Assembly (NCBI GenBank): GCA_963758525.1
Contig: CAVWVQ010000003.1
Coordinates: 4,896,001 to 4,960,000, forward strand
Length of the DNA stretch: 64,000 nt
Reading direction: 5' to 3'
Source: an uncultured Phycisphaerales bacterium
GTDB taxonomy: Bacteria > Planctomycetota > Phycisphaerae > Tepidisphaerales > Tepidisphaeraceae
Shown here: positions 21,327 to 31,666 of the stretch, in pieces
Layout: the number at the start of each line of letters is the position of its first letter
Numbering within the stretch: the first letter of the stretch is position 1
Translations under genes and position numbers: made by a program
The notes under the pieces: model-generated
Databases searched by the model: none
What the model saw: the letters and a program-made list of their open reading frames with translations, nothing else
Told to the model about the DNA's origin: nothing

Positions 21327-21713
21327 ATGCCCCGTATTGCAGGCGTTGACATCCCCGCCGACAAGCCCATCTGGGTGAGCCTCGGCTACATCTACGGCGT
21401 CGGTCCGACCAACAGCCGGATCATCCTGAAGGAAGCCGGCATTGAGTTTCAGCGCCGCGCCAAGGAACTGACGGAAGAGGAACTTGCCAAGATCATCGGG
21501 ATCCTCGACAAGGGGTACCTCGTTGAAGGGGCGCTGCGTCGCAATATCCAGCAGAACATCGCGCGATTGCGCGATATCGGCAGCTATCGCGGAAATCGGC
21601 ATCGCCGATCGCTCCCCGTTCGCGGCCAGCGCACGCGTTCCAATGCCCGCACCCGCAAGGGCCCGCGCAAGACGGTCGCTGGAAAGAAGGGCGTGAAGGA
21701 ACTCGGCAAGTAG
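21327..21713 (+). CDS. rpsM: 30S ribosomal protein S13
   Basis: [27 protein letters not shown]. Confidence 0.97.
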   Translation: MPRIAGVDIPADKPIWVSLGYIYGVGPTNSRIILKEAGIEFQRRAKELTEEELAKIIGILDKGYLVEGALRRNIQQNIARLRDIGSYRGNRHRRSLPVRGQRTRSNARTRKGPRKTVAGKKGVKELGK

Positions 21714-21840
21714 CCAAACCGCCGAAGCCGCGAGCATCGTCTCGCGGTCATCATGGATACAGCTGTCCTGCTGTCCCCGGAGCGGCAAATTTTATGACTG
21801 AACGCGTACTCGCGATCAGTCATCAGGATACGGAACCCAA

Positions 21841-22271
21841 ATGGCAGAAAACGCAGCAGCATCAGGTTCGACAGGCAAGGCAGCAGCGGGCGCCAAGGCA
21901 GCCCAGAAGAAGCGCATCCGCAAGGGCGTGACGCGCGGAGTCGCTTATATCAAGGCGACTTTCAACAATACGATGATCACCATCACCGACACCAACGGCG
22001 AAACCCTCTCTTGGGCGTCTGCCGGCACCGTCGGATTCAAGGGCGCCCGCAAGAGCACTCCGTTTGCCGCCGGACGCGCTGCCGAAAATGCCGCGCAGCA
22101 GGCCCGCAAGCACGGGATGCTGGAGATCGAAGTCAAGGTCAAAGGGCCCGGCGCGGGCGCGAGCAGGCGATCATCCAGCTTCAGCACGCGGGGCTGAAGA
22201 TCACCGGCATCGAGGACGTGACCCCGCTGCCGCATAATGGGTGCAGACCGCCCAAGAAACGGCGCGTATAA
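21841..22271 (+). CDS. rpsK: 30S ribosomal protein S11, single-base frameshift near 22158 (probable sequencing error)
   Basis: [26 protein letters not shown]-terminal [18 protein letters not shown] in the next frame. Confidence 0.95.
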
Positions 22272-22453
22272 TACGACGACCGTTTAGCGGCGCGCCCGAA
22301 GAGCCGCGCTGAGCTTTCGGAAGAAGATCGCACACAGGAACACGAGAAAACAACTCAAAATCAGGCGTCTGGCGGCGAGGCGGAAGAAAGATGGCCCCCA
22401 ACGGTGGGGGCGGTAACCTTCTGCAATCCGATCAGACGCAAGGAGATAGACCC

Positions 22454-23563
22454 ATGAGAATCCGTTGGCGCGGCCTGGAACTTCCTTCGCGCGTAACCCG
22501 CGACGATCAAGTTTCCACAGATACCTATGGAAAATTTTTCGCCGAACCGTTTGAACGCGGTTTCGGAACCACCGTCGGCAACAGCCTGCGGCGCATCCTT
22601 CTCAGCTCGCTGGAAGGTGCAGCCGTCACGCACATCCGCCTCCAAGGCGCGGATCACGAATTTTCCAGCATCCCCGGCGTGATGGAAGATGTCACCGACA
22701 TCATCCTCAACATCAAGAGCCTGGTCGTGAAACTCGATGCCGATGAGTCCAAAGAGATGAAGCTCTCGGTCCGCAAGGCCGGCGTGATCACCGCCGGCAT
22801 GATCGAAGCCGACCCGGCCATCACCATCGTCAATAAAGACATGGTGATCGCGACGCTTACCGAAGATATGCCGTTTGAGCTGACCCTGATGGTCGACAAA
22901 GGCCGCGGCTACGTTACCGCCGCGGAGAACATCGCCGATCAGGAAGAGCAGGAAATCGGTCTGATCGCTGTCGACAGCATCTACTCGCCAGTCTCCCGCG
23001 TTCGCTACGCCACCGAGGATGCGCGCGTCGGCCAGAAGACCGACTACGACCGCCTGATCCTGGAAATCTGGACCAACGGCACCATCACGCCGGAAATGGC
23101 GATGGTGGAAGCCAGCAAGATTCTGCGCAAGCACCTCAACCCGTTTGTGCAGTATTTCGAGCTGGGCTCGGACACGGTGAGCGACGAAGCAATGACGGCC
23201 CTGCGCGACGCGAGTCGGGCGACCATCGACCCGGAACTGCAGCAGAAGCTGAACATGACCGTGCAGGAGCTCGACCTTTCCGTCCGCGCCAACAACTGCC
23301 TGGAATCGGCCAAGATCGCGACCGTGCGGGATCTGGTGAAGAAAACCGACACCGACCTGCTCAAGGTTCGCAGCTTCGGAAAGACCAGCCTGCGCGAAGT
23401 GAAGCGCAAGCTGGCGGACATGGGCCTGAGCCTCGGCATGGACCTCGACGCGCGGGCGCCCGAGGAAGAGATGGAAGAGGAAGAGGAAGAAATCGACGAA
23501 CAGCCGTCCGAGGAGGGCGTTACTGCCGGCGCTCCCGAGAGCGGCAGCTCGGAACAGCACTGA
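22454..23563 (+). CDS. rpoA: RNA polymerase subunit alpha
   Basis: EPFERGFGTTVGNSLRRILLSS, LSVRANNCL; AGGAGA RBS. Confidence 0.97.
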   Translation: MRIRWRGLELPSRVTRDDQVSTDTYGKFFAEPFERGFGTTVGNSLRRILLSSLEGAAVTHIRLQGADHEFSSIPGVMEDVTDIILNIKSLVVKLDADESKEMKLSVRKAGVITAGMIEADPAITIVNKDMVIATLTEDMPFELTLMVDKGRGYVTAAENIADQEEQEIGLIAVDSIYSPVSRVRYATEDARVGQKTDYDRLILEIWTNGTITPEMAMVEASKILRKHLNPFVQYFELGSDTVSDEAMTALRDASRATIDPELQQKLNMTVQELDLSVRANNCLESAKIATVRDLVKKTDTDLLKVRSFGKTSLREVKRKLADMGLSLGMDLDARAPEEEMEEEEEEIDEQPSEEGVTAGAPESGSSEQH

Positions 23564-23644
23564 TCGCTGTCCAAAATCTGAAAACGCCCGGCGGGCTTCC
23601 TCGCCGGGGTCTTCAGTTGTTCCAATTGAATCGAGAGGTATCTG

Positions 23645-24196
23645 ATGCGACACATGATCCGCGGCCGCCAGCTCAGCCGAGACACGGAGCACCGCATAGC
23701 GATGCGCCGGAATCTGGTGCAAAGTCTTTTCGAGCACGGCAAGGTGCGCACAACGCTCCCCAAGGCCCAGGAAGTTCGCGCGATGGCCGAGAAGCTCATC
23801 ACGCTGGCCCGCACCAACAACGTGAACAACCGCCGGCGCACCATCGCGATTCTGCAGGACCGGCGCCTGGTCGATAAGGAGCAGGAGTTCACCGGACAAA
23901 CGGTGATCAACAAGCTCTTTGCCGAAATCGCGCCGACCTTTGCCGACCGCAACGGCGGATATACCCGCATCATCAAGCTGTCGGATTTCCGCATCGGCGA
24001 CGGCGGAAATATCGTGATTCTCCAACTGCTGGCCGAGCAATCCGCCCCCACGGGCACGCCGCGCCGCTCGGCCGGGCTGCGTCGCAAGCGAAATGAACGG
24101 CGTCAGCAGTTTGCCACACGCATTCTCAAGCGCCCCGCGAAGGGCGACGCGGCGCCCGAAGCCGCGGCTGAAGCTGAAAAGCCCGCGACGACTTAA
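23645..24196 (+). CDS. rplQ: 50S ribosomal protein L17
   Basis: MRH...LSR, TTLPKA, RNGGYTRIIK. Confidence 0.97.
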   Translation: MRHMIRGRQLSRDTEHRIAMRRNLVQSLFEHGKVRTTLPKAQEVRAMAEKLITLARTNNVNNRRRTIAILQDRRLVDKEQEFTGQTVINKLFAEIAPTFADRNGGYTRIIKLSDFRIGDGGNIVILQLLAEQSAPTGTPRRSAGLRRKRNERRQQFATRILKRPAKGDAAPEAAAEAEKPATT

Positions 24197-24222
24197 ACGG
24201 TCGCGATTCTTGCAATCATCCT

Positions 24223-24261
24223 GCGGGCCGGCATCATCTGGTGCCGGCCTGCGGTCGTTTT
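24223..24261 (+). terminator. Putative intrinsic terminator after rplQ
   Basis: GCGGGCCGGCATCA-TC-TGGTGCCGGCCTGC hairpin followed shortly by a T run. Confidence 0.5.
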
Positions 24262-24317
24262 AGGGACGGGCGCTGATTGCCATTCGGACATCACCAGATT
24301 CGTCTGAACCCGGAGTG

Positions 24318-24857
24318 ATGATGGGAAAAATTGGAACCGCATTTCGCAGCTTTTTTCGAGCGCTCCGCGACGCGGGATTCGCTCAGAGCGTCGCCGATTT
24401 GCTGGACAACAAGGCGACTCCCGTTCCAGCGGGCGCGGTGCCGCCTCTCGCTCCGGTATCGGCACCGGCCCCGCTTCGCAATGATGCCTTGACGCTTCTG
24501 TCCGCGCTGCAACGCGAGGCGCGGCTGATCGACTTCCTGCAGGAATCGATTTCCACCTACGATGATGCGCAGATTGGCGCGGCGGTCCGCGAGGTGCATC
24601 GAAGTTCCGCCGCACTATTGGAGCGAGTCTTTGCGCTGCGGCCGGTCATGACCCAAAGCGAGGGTTCGCCGGTCGAGCTGCCCGCCGGCGCGGAGGGCGG
24701 ACGCGTCCAACTCACCGGCAACGTGACGGGCAAACCCCCGTATCGCGGAACCCTGCGTCACGCCGGCTGGCAGGCAACCGCGCTCAATCTCCCCCAATGG
24801 ACGGGCGGCGAATCCGCCGCAAAGATCGTGGCGCCCGCGGAAGTGGAAGTTTCCTAA
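24318..24857 (+). CDS. DUF2760 domain protein
   Basis: ALTLLSALQREARLIDFLQE, DAQIGAAVR, GTLRHAGW, APAEVE. Confidence 0.85.
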   Translation: MMGKIGTAFRSFFRALRDAGFAQSVADLLDNKATPVPAGAVPPLAPVSAPAPLRNDALTLLSALQREARLIDFLQESISTYDDAQIGAAVREVHRSSAALLERVFALRPVMTQSEGSPVELPAGAEGGRVQLTGNVTGKPPYRGTLRHAGWQATALNLPQWTGGESAAKIVAPAEVEVS

Positions 24858-24992
24858 AATGAGCACAAGGAACGAGAAGACCTTCAAAACTCCGAGACAT
24901 CGTCCAGTGTCTGACATCGTTTAGCGGCCGCCCGAAGGGCCGCGCTCCACCCGAGCGCAATCCCGCAAAGTTCCTCAAAAGACAAGGTTCAT

Positions 24993-26798
24993 ATGGCCGC
25001 TGAATATTCCATCGGGATCGATCTGGGAACGACGAACTGCGTGCTGGCCTACGCCGCGCTCAATGATGAGCATCCCCAGGTTCAGGTGCTGCTGATCCCG
25101 CAGCTTGTGGCCGCATCGACCGTCGAATCGCGCGATTTTCTTCCGTCGTTCCTGTACCTGGCGCCGCCGGAGGAGAAAGCCGGCGGCGCGTACGATCTGC
25201 CCTGGGAACAGGGGCGTTGTGAAGCCGTCGGCGTGCTGGCGCATCGTCAGGCGGCGGACGTGCCGACGCGGACCGTCGTTGCCGCCAAGAGCTGGCTGGC
25301 ATACAGCAAGGTCGACCGCCATCAGCCGATTCTTCCTTGGAACGCGCCGGCTGACGTTGCGAAGGTATCGCCGGTGGATGCGTCGGTCAGCTACCTCCGG
25401 CATCTTGCCGGCGCATGGAACGCCGCATTTCCCAACGCGCCGTTGGCGGATCAGCAGGTCGTGCTGACCGTCCCGGCGTCGTTCGATGCCAGCGCCCGCG
25501 AATTGACCCGTGAAGCGGCGCTCAAAGCGGGCTTGCCCGACGACCTGATTTTGCTCGAAGAGCCGCAGGCCGCGCTGTACGCGTGGCTGGCCGACATGGG
25601 CGACGCCTGGCGGCGCAAAGTGAAGGCCGGCGACACACTGCTCGTCTGCGACGTCGGCGGCGGAACCACCGACTTCACCCTCATCGGAGTGACCGACGAC
25701 GCGGGCGAACTCGGCCTGCGCCGCATTGCCGTCGGCAATCACACGCTCGTCGGCGGCGACAACATGGATCTCACGCTCGCGCATTTCGCCGGAGCGGCAC
25801 TCGCCAAAAAGGGCGTTACTCTCGATCCCTGGCAGTCGGTTTCGTTATGGCATGCCTGCCGATCCGCGAAGGAATCATTGCTGGCTGAGCGCGGGAAGCA
25901 GACATTTCCCGTGTCGGTTCTCGGCCGCGGCAGCAAACTCGTCGGCGGGGCCGTCTCAGTCGATCTGGATCGTGCCGCCGTCAAAGAGCTTCTCGTAGAT
26001 GGCTTCTTCCCCGCGTGCGCGCTCGAAGACAAGCCGGCCCGCCGGCGCGCTTCGGGCTTCCGCGAGATCGGATTGCCGTTTGAAAACGACACCGGAATCA
26101 CCCGGCACCTCGCCGCTTTTCTTGCCGCCAATGCCGATGAATCCGGCAAACCGATCCGCCCGACGCACCTCCTCTTCAACGGCGGCGTCTTCAAAGCCGT
26201 CGCATTTCGCGAGCGATTGACCGAAGTGATCGGGAGTTGGTTCGCCACCGGCAAAGGCGCCGTCGTCCCGAAGGTTCTGGAAGGAAACGAAGATCTTGAC
26301 TACGCCGTGGCCCGCGGCGCCGCCTATTACGGCGTCGCCAAACACGGCCGCGGCGTGCGCATTCGCGGCGGCGCGCCGCGCAGCTATTACGTCGGCATCG
26401 AAACCGCCGGCCTCGCGATCCCCGGCGCACCCCGGCCGCTGCGCGCCCTCTGCGTCGTCCCTTTCGGCATGGAAGAGGGAACCGAGACCGACATCGCCGG
26501 CGACCCGATCGGCCTGGTCGTTGGCGAGCCCGCCGTCTTCCGTTTCTTCTCGTCATCCGTTCGCAAGCTGGACCAGCCCGGCGATCTGATCGCCCAGTGG
26601 ACCGAAGCCGAGCTGGAAGAAACCGATTCGCTGGAAGCCAATCTCACCAAGCCCGAAAAGGTGGAGGAAGATTATGTTCCCGTACATTTCCATTCGCACA
26701 TCAGCGAGTTGGGAGTCTTTGAATTGTGGTGCGTCAGCGCGCTAAATAACGAGCGATGGAAGCTGGAATTCAGCGTGCGCGATGATGCCGATGCGTGA
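24993..26798 (+). CDS. Hsp70-family protein (non-DnaK, DUF2760-associated)
   Basis: GIDLGTTN, TVPASFD, EEPQAA, DVGGGTTD, GGDNMD, VARGAA. Confidence 0.9.
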   Translation: MAAEYSIGIDLGTTNCVLAYAALNDEHPQVQVLLIPQLVAASTVESRDFLPSFLYLAPPEEKAGGAYDLPWEQGRCEAVGVLAHRQAADVPTRTVVAAKSWLAYSKVDRHQPILPWNAPADVAKVSPVDASVSYLRHLAGAWNAAFPNAPLADQQVVLTVPASFDASARELTREAALKAGLPDDLILLEEPQAALYAWLADMGDAWRRKVKAGDTLLVCDVGGGTTDFTLIGVTDDAGELGLRRIAVGNHTLVGGDNMDLTLAHFAGAALAKKGVTLDPWQSVSLWHACRSAKESLLAERGKQTFPVSVLGRGSKLVGGAVSVDLDRAAVKELLVDGFFPACALEDKPARRRASGFREIGLPFENDTGITRHLAAFLAANADESGKPIRPTHLLFNGGVFKAVAFRERLTEVIGSWFATGKGAVVPKVLEGNEDLDYAVARGAAYYGVAKHGRGVRIRGGAPRSYYVGIETAGLAIPGAPRPLRALCVVPFGMEEGTETDIAGDPIGLVVGEPAVFRFFSSSVRKLDQPGDLIAQWTEAELEETDSLEANLTKPEKVEEDYVPVHFHSHISELGVFELWCVSALNNERWKLEFSVRDDADA

Positions 26799-26949
26799 CT
26801 CGCAAAACCGCTAAAAGTGCCACGCGTCAGAGAGCCCGACTCTGCGATAACGTTCTGGCGAGCCGGACGAGAAATTGTGTTACAATTGGTCAGCAGTCCG
26901 AGCATCAGGTGATCGCCCGGGCAATATGGTCGTACAACTGGTGACGGGC

Positions 26950-27231
26950 ATGAATGTAACTTTAAGCCATGCGGCGGAGATCGCCGTACGAACTCTTGTG
27001 GATGAGGATCGGCGGAAAGTGCATGCATGGATCGACTGTCTCAAGAAGTGGGAGCAGGACGCGTTCGTCCAGTCCAAGGCGCAGAAGTTGATCTTGCCGC
27101 AGGTGGACAATGTCTACGTCCTGAGAACCAGCGCCGATTTGCATATTTTTTTCATCTTGGAAGCAAATCGCATCGAGGTGATCGACATCGCCAGGGGCGA
27201 CTCGCTTGAGAGGGTGCGCCACGCGTCGTAA
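26950..27231 (+). CDS. Small RelE/ParE-like fold protein
   Basis: 93 aa with pattern M-V-LS-AEIA-..L, VYVLR...LHIFF...IEVIDI; fold recognised by eye only. Confidence 0.5.
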   Translation: MNVTLSHAAEIAVRTLVDEDRRKVHAWIDCLKKWEQDAFVQSKAQKLILPQVDNVYVLRTSADLHIFFILEANRIEVIDIARGDSLERVRHAS

Positions 27232-27281
27232 CGTCTGTTGGAAACTCACCTCTTGGAACATCAGTGACGGGGGCAGTCGAG

Positions 27282-27915
27282 ATGAAGCGATTTGAAGAGA
27301 TCGAGTTCGTCGCAAGGCAATGCGGGAGAACTCAAAGAGTTTAGTGAAAGGCTGGTCGAGGGTGCTTCATTGCAGGAACGACGAGACCTCAAACCTTTCT
27401 TCGAGCGCGCGAAGCAATTGTGCGCGTTCATAGGTACGTATGTTGCGGACATCGGCCCCGCCAATCTGCTGGCCTATGAGTTCGAGGTGGCCGGAGACTT
27501 CGTGGCGGACATCGTCGTCGGCAACCGGGAGAGCCAGACATTCTGCATGGTTGAGCTTGAGGATGCGTGTCCACCAGGCATATTTGTTTCATCTGGGCGG
27601 AGGACCAAGGAATGGAACCCTCGGTTTGAGCACGGCTTCAGCCAACTTGTGGACTGGTTTTATGCTCTTGATGACCTGAAGGGCACTGAGAGATTCACGC
27701 GAGATTTCGGATATGGGCATGCCAAGTTCCATGGATTACTTGTCATCGGCAGGTCCGGCGATATCGCAGACGAAGATCACAACCGTCTGCGCTGGCGCGG
27801 AGAACGGGTTTTGGTGAATTCTCATCCAATCCACTGCGTCACCTACGACGAACTGCACCTCCACCTCGAGCGCCGATTGAAGCACTATCCGGCTGCGGCA
27901 ATCGACACCGAATAG
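27282..27915 (+). CDS. Shedu-like DUF4263 nuclease domain protein (stand-alone); start uncertain, possible frameshift near 27320
   Basis: E..L..FF, EF...DF.AD, VELE, GFSQLVDW, LVIGR, TYDEL motifs. Confidence 0.75.
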
Positions 27916-28598
27916 GGATAGCGCGCGGGACGGGACCGAAAAGAAATTGAACGGTTTGCATGATATCATTCGCAAACCGAGGTGATGCGATGAGCCAGAC
28001 AATATGGTCTCAGCCAGTCGGAGCCTCTGTCAACTGCCTCTGCGCCGCCGATGGGGCGAACGTCCCCGGAAAGCGAACGGGTCCGCGGAGGGCAGCCCCG
28101 AACGGTTCGGGGGATGGATGCAAACGAATGCACCTACGGGAAAGTATTTTGGGCCCCGCAGCCCGGCGGAGTAGGATGTCCCCGACATTTTGAAGATTCG
28201 CGAGCCAAGCGAATCGTCCCTGAGGCGTCGAATTGCAACCCCCGGCCGAAACGTTGTTTTTTTGACCTGTGGACGATTCTGTTGGGCACGCTCCGTCGCG
28301 GCGTGCGTTGCCCGGCGGATGAACCGGGTCAAACGCCGTTGCAAGCATGGCGCCTTGGGGAGTCCGTTGAACACCGGACCCCGTTTCCGATTTCTGTAGG
28401 CGGGGACGGCTCGAAATCGACGAGGTTCAAAATGCGATTTGAAATTAGCGCGACCGACCGAACAACGGGTGAGGATATGACCTTCATACTCGAAGCGATA
28501 GCGTTCTGGCATGGAGCACAACATACGTGTTACAATTTGCACGCGTCCGAGCATCGGGTTCACCGCCCGGGCAGAAGGCCATACAACCGGTGACGATT

Positions 28599-28832
28599 AT
28601 GAATGTAATTTTGAGCCATACGGCGGAGATCGCCGTGCGAACCGTGGGGGACGAGGATCGGCGGAAGGTGCATCCCTGGATCGACTATCTCAAGAAGTGG
28701 GAGCAGGGCGCGTTCGTGCGGTCGAAGGTGAGAAGTGTTCAGTTCCCTTCTGGTCGAAGCCCGCGATGCGGTCCGCCGCGACCGCCGCAAGTCGGCGTGA
28801 ATCCACCCGTCCGATTTGAGCAATTGGCATGA
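28599..28832 (+). pseudogene. Truncated paralogue of the RelE-like gene
   Basis: MNVILSHTAEIAVRTVGDEDRRKVHPWIDYLKKWEQGAFVRSK matches the first half of 26950-27231, then diverges. Confidence 0.7.
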
Positions 28833-29449
28833 CCCTGCAAACAGAAACAAAAGTACCGGCACGAACGTCCGCGGCTCTCTCGTACGAACAATTCCTCGAA
28901 CTGATGGGCGGGGAGCATGTTGAATGGGTGGATGGGGAGATCATCAAAATGGCGCCCATATCGGACGAGCATCAGTATTTAGGCCTGTTCCTTTTGGCTG
29001 TGTTGCGTCCGTTCGTGGAATTTCATGAGCTGGGCCAATTGCTGTATGAGCCGTTCCAGATGAAAACCGGCCCCGATCTGCCGGGACGATCGCCCGACAT
29101 ATTGTTTGTTGCGGCCGCTAACCTGGGTCGCCTGCAACGGACGTTCCTGGACGGGCCGGCGGACATGGTGGTCGAAATCATCAGCCCGGACAGTCAATCC
29201 CGTGACCGCGGTGAGAAATTTTCCGAATACGAACGCGGCGGCGTCCGCGAGTACTGGCTGCTTGATCCCATTCGCAAGCAGGCCGATTTTTACACGCGCG
29301 GCGACGATGGTATTTTCCGCCTGTTGCCGATGACTGACGGTGTTTTCCGCAGCAGCGTGCTGCCGGGATTCTGGCTCAAGACTGACTGGCTGTGGCAGAT
29401 GCCATTGCCCGGCACAATTAGCGTCATGAAGGAACTAGGTTTGATTTAG
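28829..29449 (+). CDS. Uma2 family (DUF820) endonuclease-fold protein
   Basis: EWVDG, PDILFV, VVEIISP, DRGEKF..Y...GVREYWLLDP. Confidence 0.9.
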   Translation: MTLQTETKVPARTSAALSYEQFLELMGGEHVEWVDGEIIKMAPISDEHQYLGLFLLAVLRPFVEFHELGQLLYEPFQMKTGPDLPGRSPDILFVAAANLGRLQRTFLDGPADMVVEIISPDSQSRDRGEKFSEYERGGVREYWLLDPIRKQADFYTRGDDGIFRLLPMTDGVFRSSVLPGFWLKTDWLWQMPLPGTISVMKELGLI

Positions 29450-29709
29450 GCTCTCGCGGTACTCCGCGTCCAACTGCTCCCGCCCACTTCCGCCCGCAAA
29501 GGAGGATGACAGCGATCAGTCTGGACGTGCGCGAATTTCGGCGGAAGCGCGTAACACCCCGGAAGGCCTCGGCATGAGCTGTCGGACTTGTTTCGCCGCA
29601 CGCAATGACGACACAAATTGGCTGCGCGGGTAGATATGCGTGCCGTTCGTGTCAGAGATCTTGACTCCGCACGACTGAACAAAGCGCTTCCAGTTTCCCG
29701 GCGGTAGAG

Positions 29710-31499
29710 ATGCCCAACTCCCTTCCATCAACCTCGGCTCTCGAAGCCGCCAGGGCAAAGAATAAACGCGGCATTCAACTGGCCCAGACCGGGAGGCTCG
29801 GCGAGTCCGTCGAGGCCTTTCGCAAGGCCATTCGCTACTACCCGGAGTTCTTTGATGCTCATTGCAACCTCGGCAATGTCCTGACCTTTCAAAAGAAGTT
29901 TCCTGACGCGCTGCGATCTTATCAGCGGGCACTGGAGCTGCGCCCGGCGATGCCAGTCTGATCAACAACATCAGCAACCTCCTTCGCGAGCAGGGCGATT
30001 ATGAAGGCGCCGCCGAACGCGCCAGGGAAGCGCTGGCCATACTTCCCGATCATGCCGGCGCATATAACAACCTGGGCGCGGCGCTCCAGCAGTTGGACAG
30101 GCTGCCTGAAGCGATCGTGGCTTTTGAGAGAGCTCGCTCTCTCGCGCCGACGATGCCGGATGTTCTGCTGAATCTGGCTGCCGCGCTTTGGAAAGAGGGC
30201 CGCTTTGATGAATCCGTTTTGCGCGCGCGGGAATTGCTCCGGCTGCAGCCCGATTCTGCGATGGCGAACGTCTATCTCGGGCTTTCGCTGTGCAAGCTCG
30301 CAAAACATGCCGAGTCCGAAGCGGCTTTGCGCGAATCGGTGCGGCTCTCTCCCGCTGAGCCCAAGACGCATCGCAACCTTGCGTTTGTGCTGCTGGAGGC
30401 GCGCCGCTTCAGCGAGGCGGAGACTGCCGCGAGAAAAGCCGTCTCGCTCGATCCGGCCTGCGCCGAGTATCACGCAATGCTTGGCGTGGCGCTCGCCAAG
30501 CAGGGTCGCTATGAAGAAGCGTTGAACACCTACGAGACTGCGCTCAAGCTCCGCCCGGAGGATCCCGAAGCACGCATGCACCGCGGCCTGGTCATGCTGG
30601 TCACGGGCGACTTCGAGCAGGGATGGGAGGAGTACGAATGGCGGCTGCAGGGAGTGACCTGGGTGGCGCCGCCGTCTCCAATGTGGGACGGCGGCCGACT
30701 CGACGGGCGGACCATTCTACTGCACGCCGAGCAGGGGGTCGGCGACACCTTCCAGTTCATCCGCTATGCGCCGCTCGTGAAGGAAAAAGGGGCCACGGTC
30801 GTGCTGAGAGTCGATGCTTCGCTCATTCCGCTCCTCGAGGCGTCGCCGGGCATCGATCGGCTCGTGCCGATGGACGCGGAGGTGGAAGAGGCCGACGTGC
30901 ACATCGCGTTGATGAGCTTGCCACATCGATTGAAGACGCGATTGGAGACAATACCGGCTTCCATACCTTACGTTTTTCCCGACGATCGCGCGATCGAGCG
31001 ATGGCGGCGGGAGCTGAACAGCACCCGCGGCTTCAAGGTCGGCGTGGTTTGGAAAGGGAACCCCGAACACCCTGATGATTGCGATCGTTCGCTCGCGTTA
31101 AGCGATCTGGAGCCGCTGAGTTCGATTCCAAATGTGACGCTCTTCAGCCTTCAACGCAACGCCGCCGACGAGCTGCGATCGGCAACCTTTCAGATCGAGG
31201 ATCTTGCCGCAAGGGAGGATAAGACTCGTGGCTCGTTCATGGACTCGGCCGGCCTGCTCCGCAATCTCGATCTGCTGATCACCTGCGATACGTCGGTGGC
31301 CCATCTGGCCGGAGCCATGGGCGTTCCTGTCTGGATTCTGCTGGCTTATATCCCGGATTTTCGCTGGATGCTGGGAAGGGAAGATTCGCCGTGGTACCCC
31401 TCTGCCAGGCTATTCCGTCAGGCCACTGCGGGTGATTGGAGCAAAGTCATTGAACGGGTCGCAGGCTGTCTGCGGGAAAAGTTCTCCGGCCCGGCATAA
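29710..31499 (+). CDS. TPR-repeat protein with C-terminal glycosyltransferase-like (GT9-like) domain; frameshift near 29955
   Basis: TPR repeats, GWEEYEWR, EQGVGDTFQF, DTSVAHLAGAMG, SPWYPSARLFRQ. Confidence 0.85.
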
Positions 31500-31666
31500 A
31501 GGACGGCGCGCTGGGAACGCCGCTTGCAGCGTCGATTCCGTGTGCGTGACACTTTCGGCGAGGGGTCCCGCTTCGCGTTTCCCGCGCCAGAAGCTAACGC
31601 AAGCCGCTCCAGCCGCGAAGCGAGCCAGCGCGCGTTTCGAAGCGCGTTCCGGCACCCCGAGAACGA

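Noticed and set aside
21841..22271. rpsK as a pseudogene or programmed frameshift
   Set aside because: Essential gene, no slippery site evident, and many similar indels across the window; a sequencing error is more likely
24993..26798. dnaK
   Set aside because: Lacks a recognisable DnaK substrate-binding domain and has no grpE/dnaJ context; fits the DUF2760-associated Hsp70-like group
27916..28526. Coding gene or ncRNA in the 600-bp gap
   Set aside because: ORFs look non-biological apart from a short possible remnant (MRFEISATDRTTGEDMTFILEA); no convincing RNA structure recognised
28829..29449. Uma2 protein as evidence of a restriction or defence system
   Set aside because: The family is commonly expanded as solitary genes and no methyltransferase is adjacent
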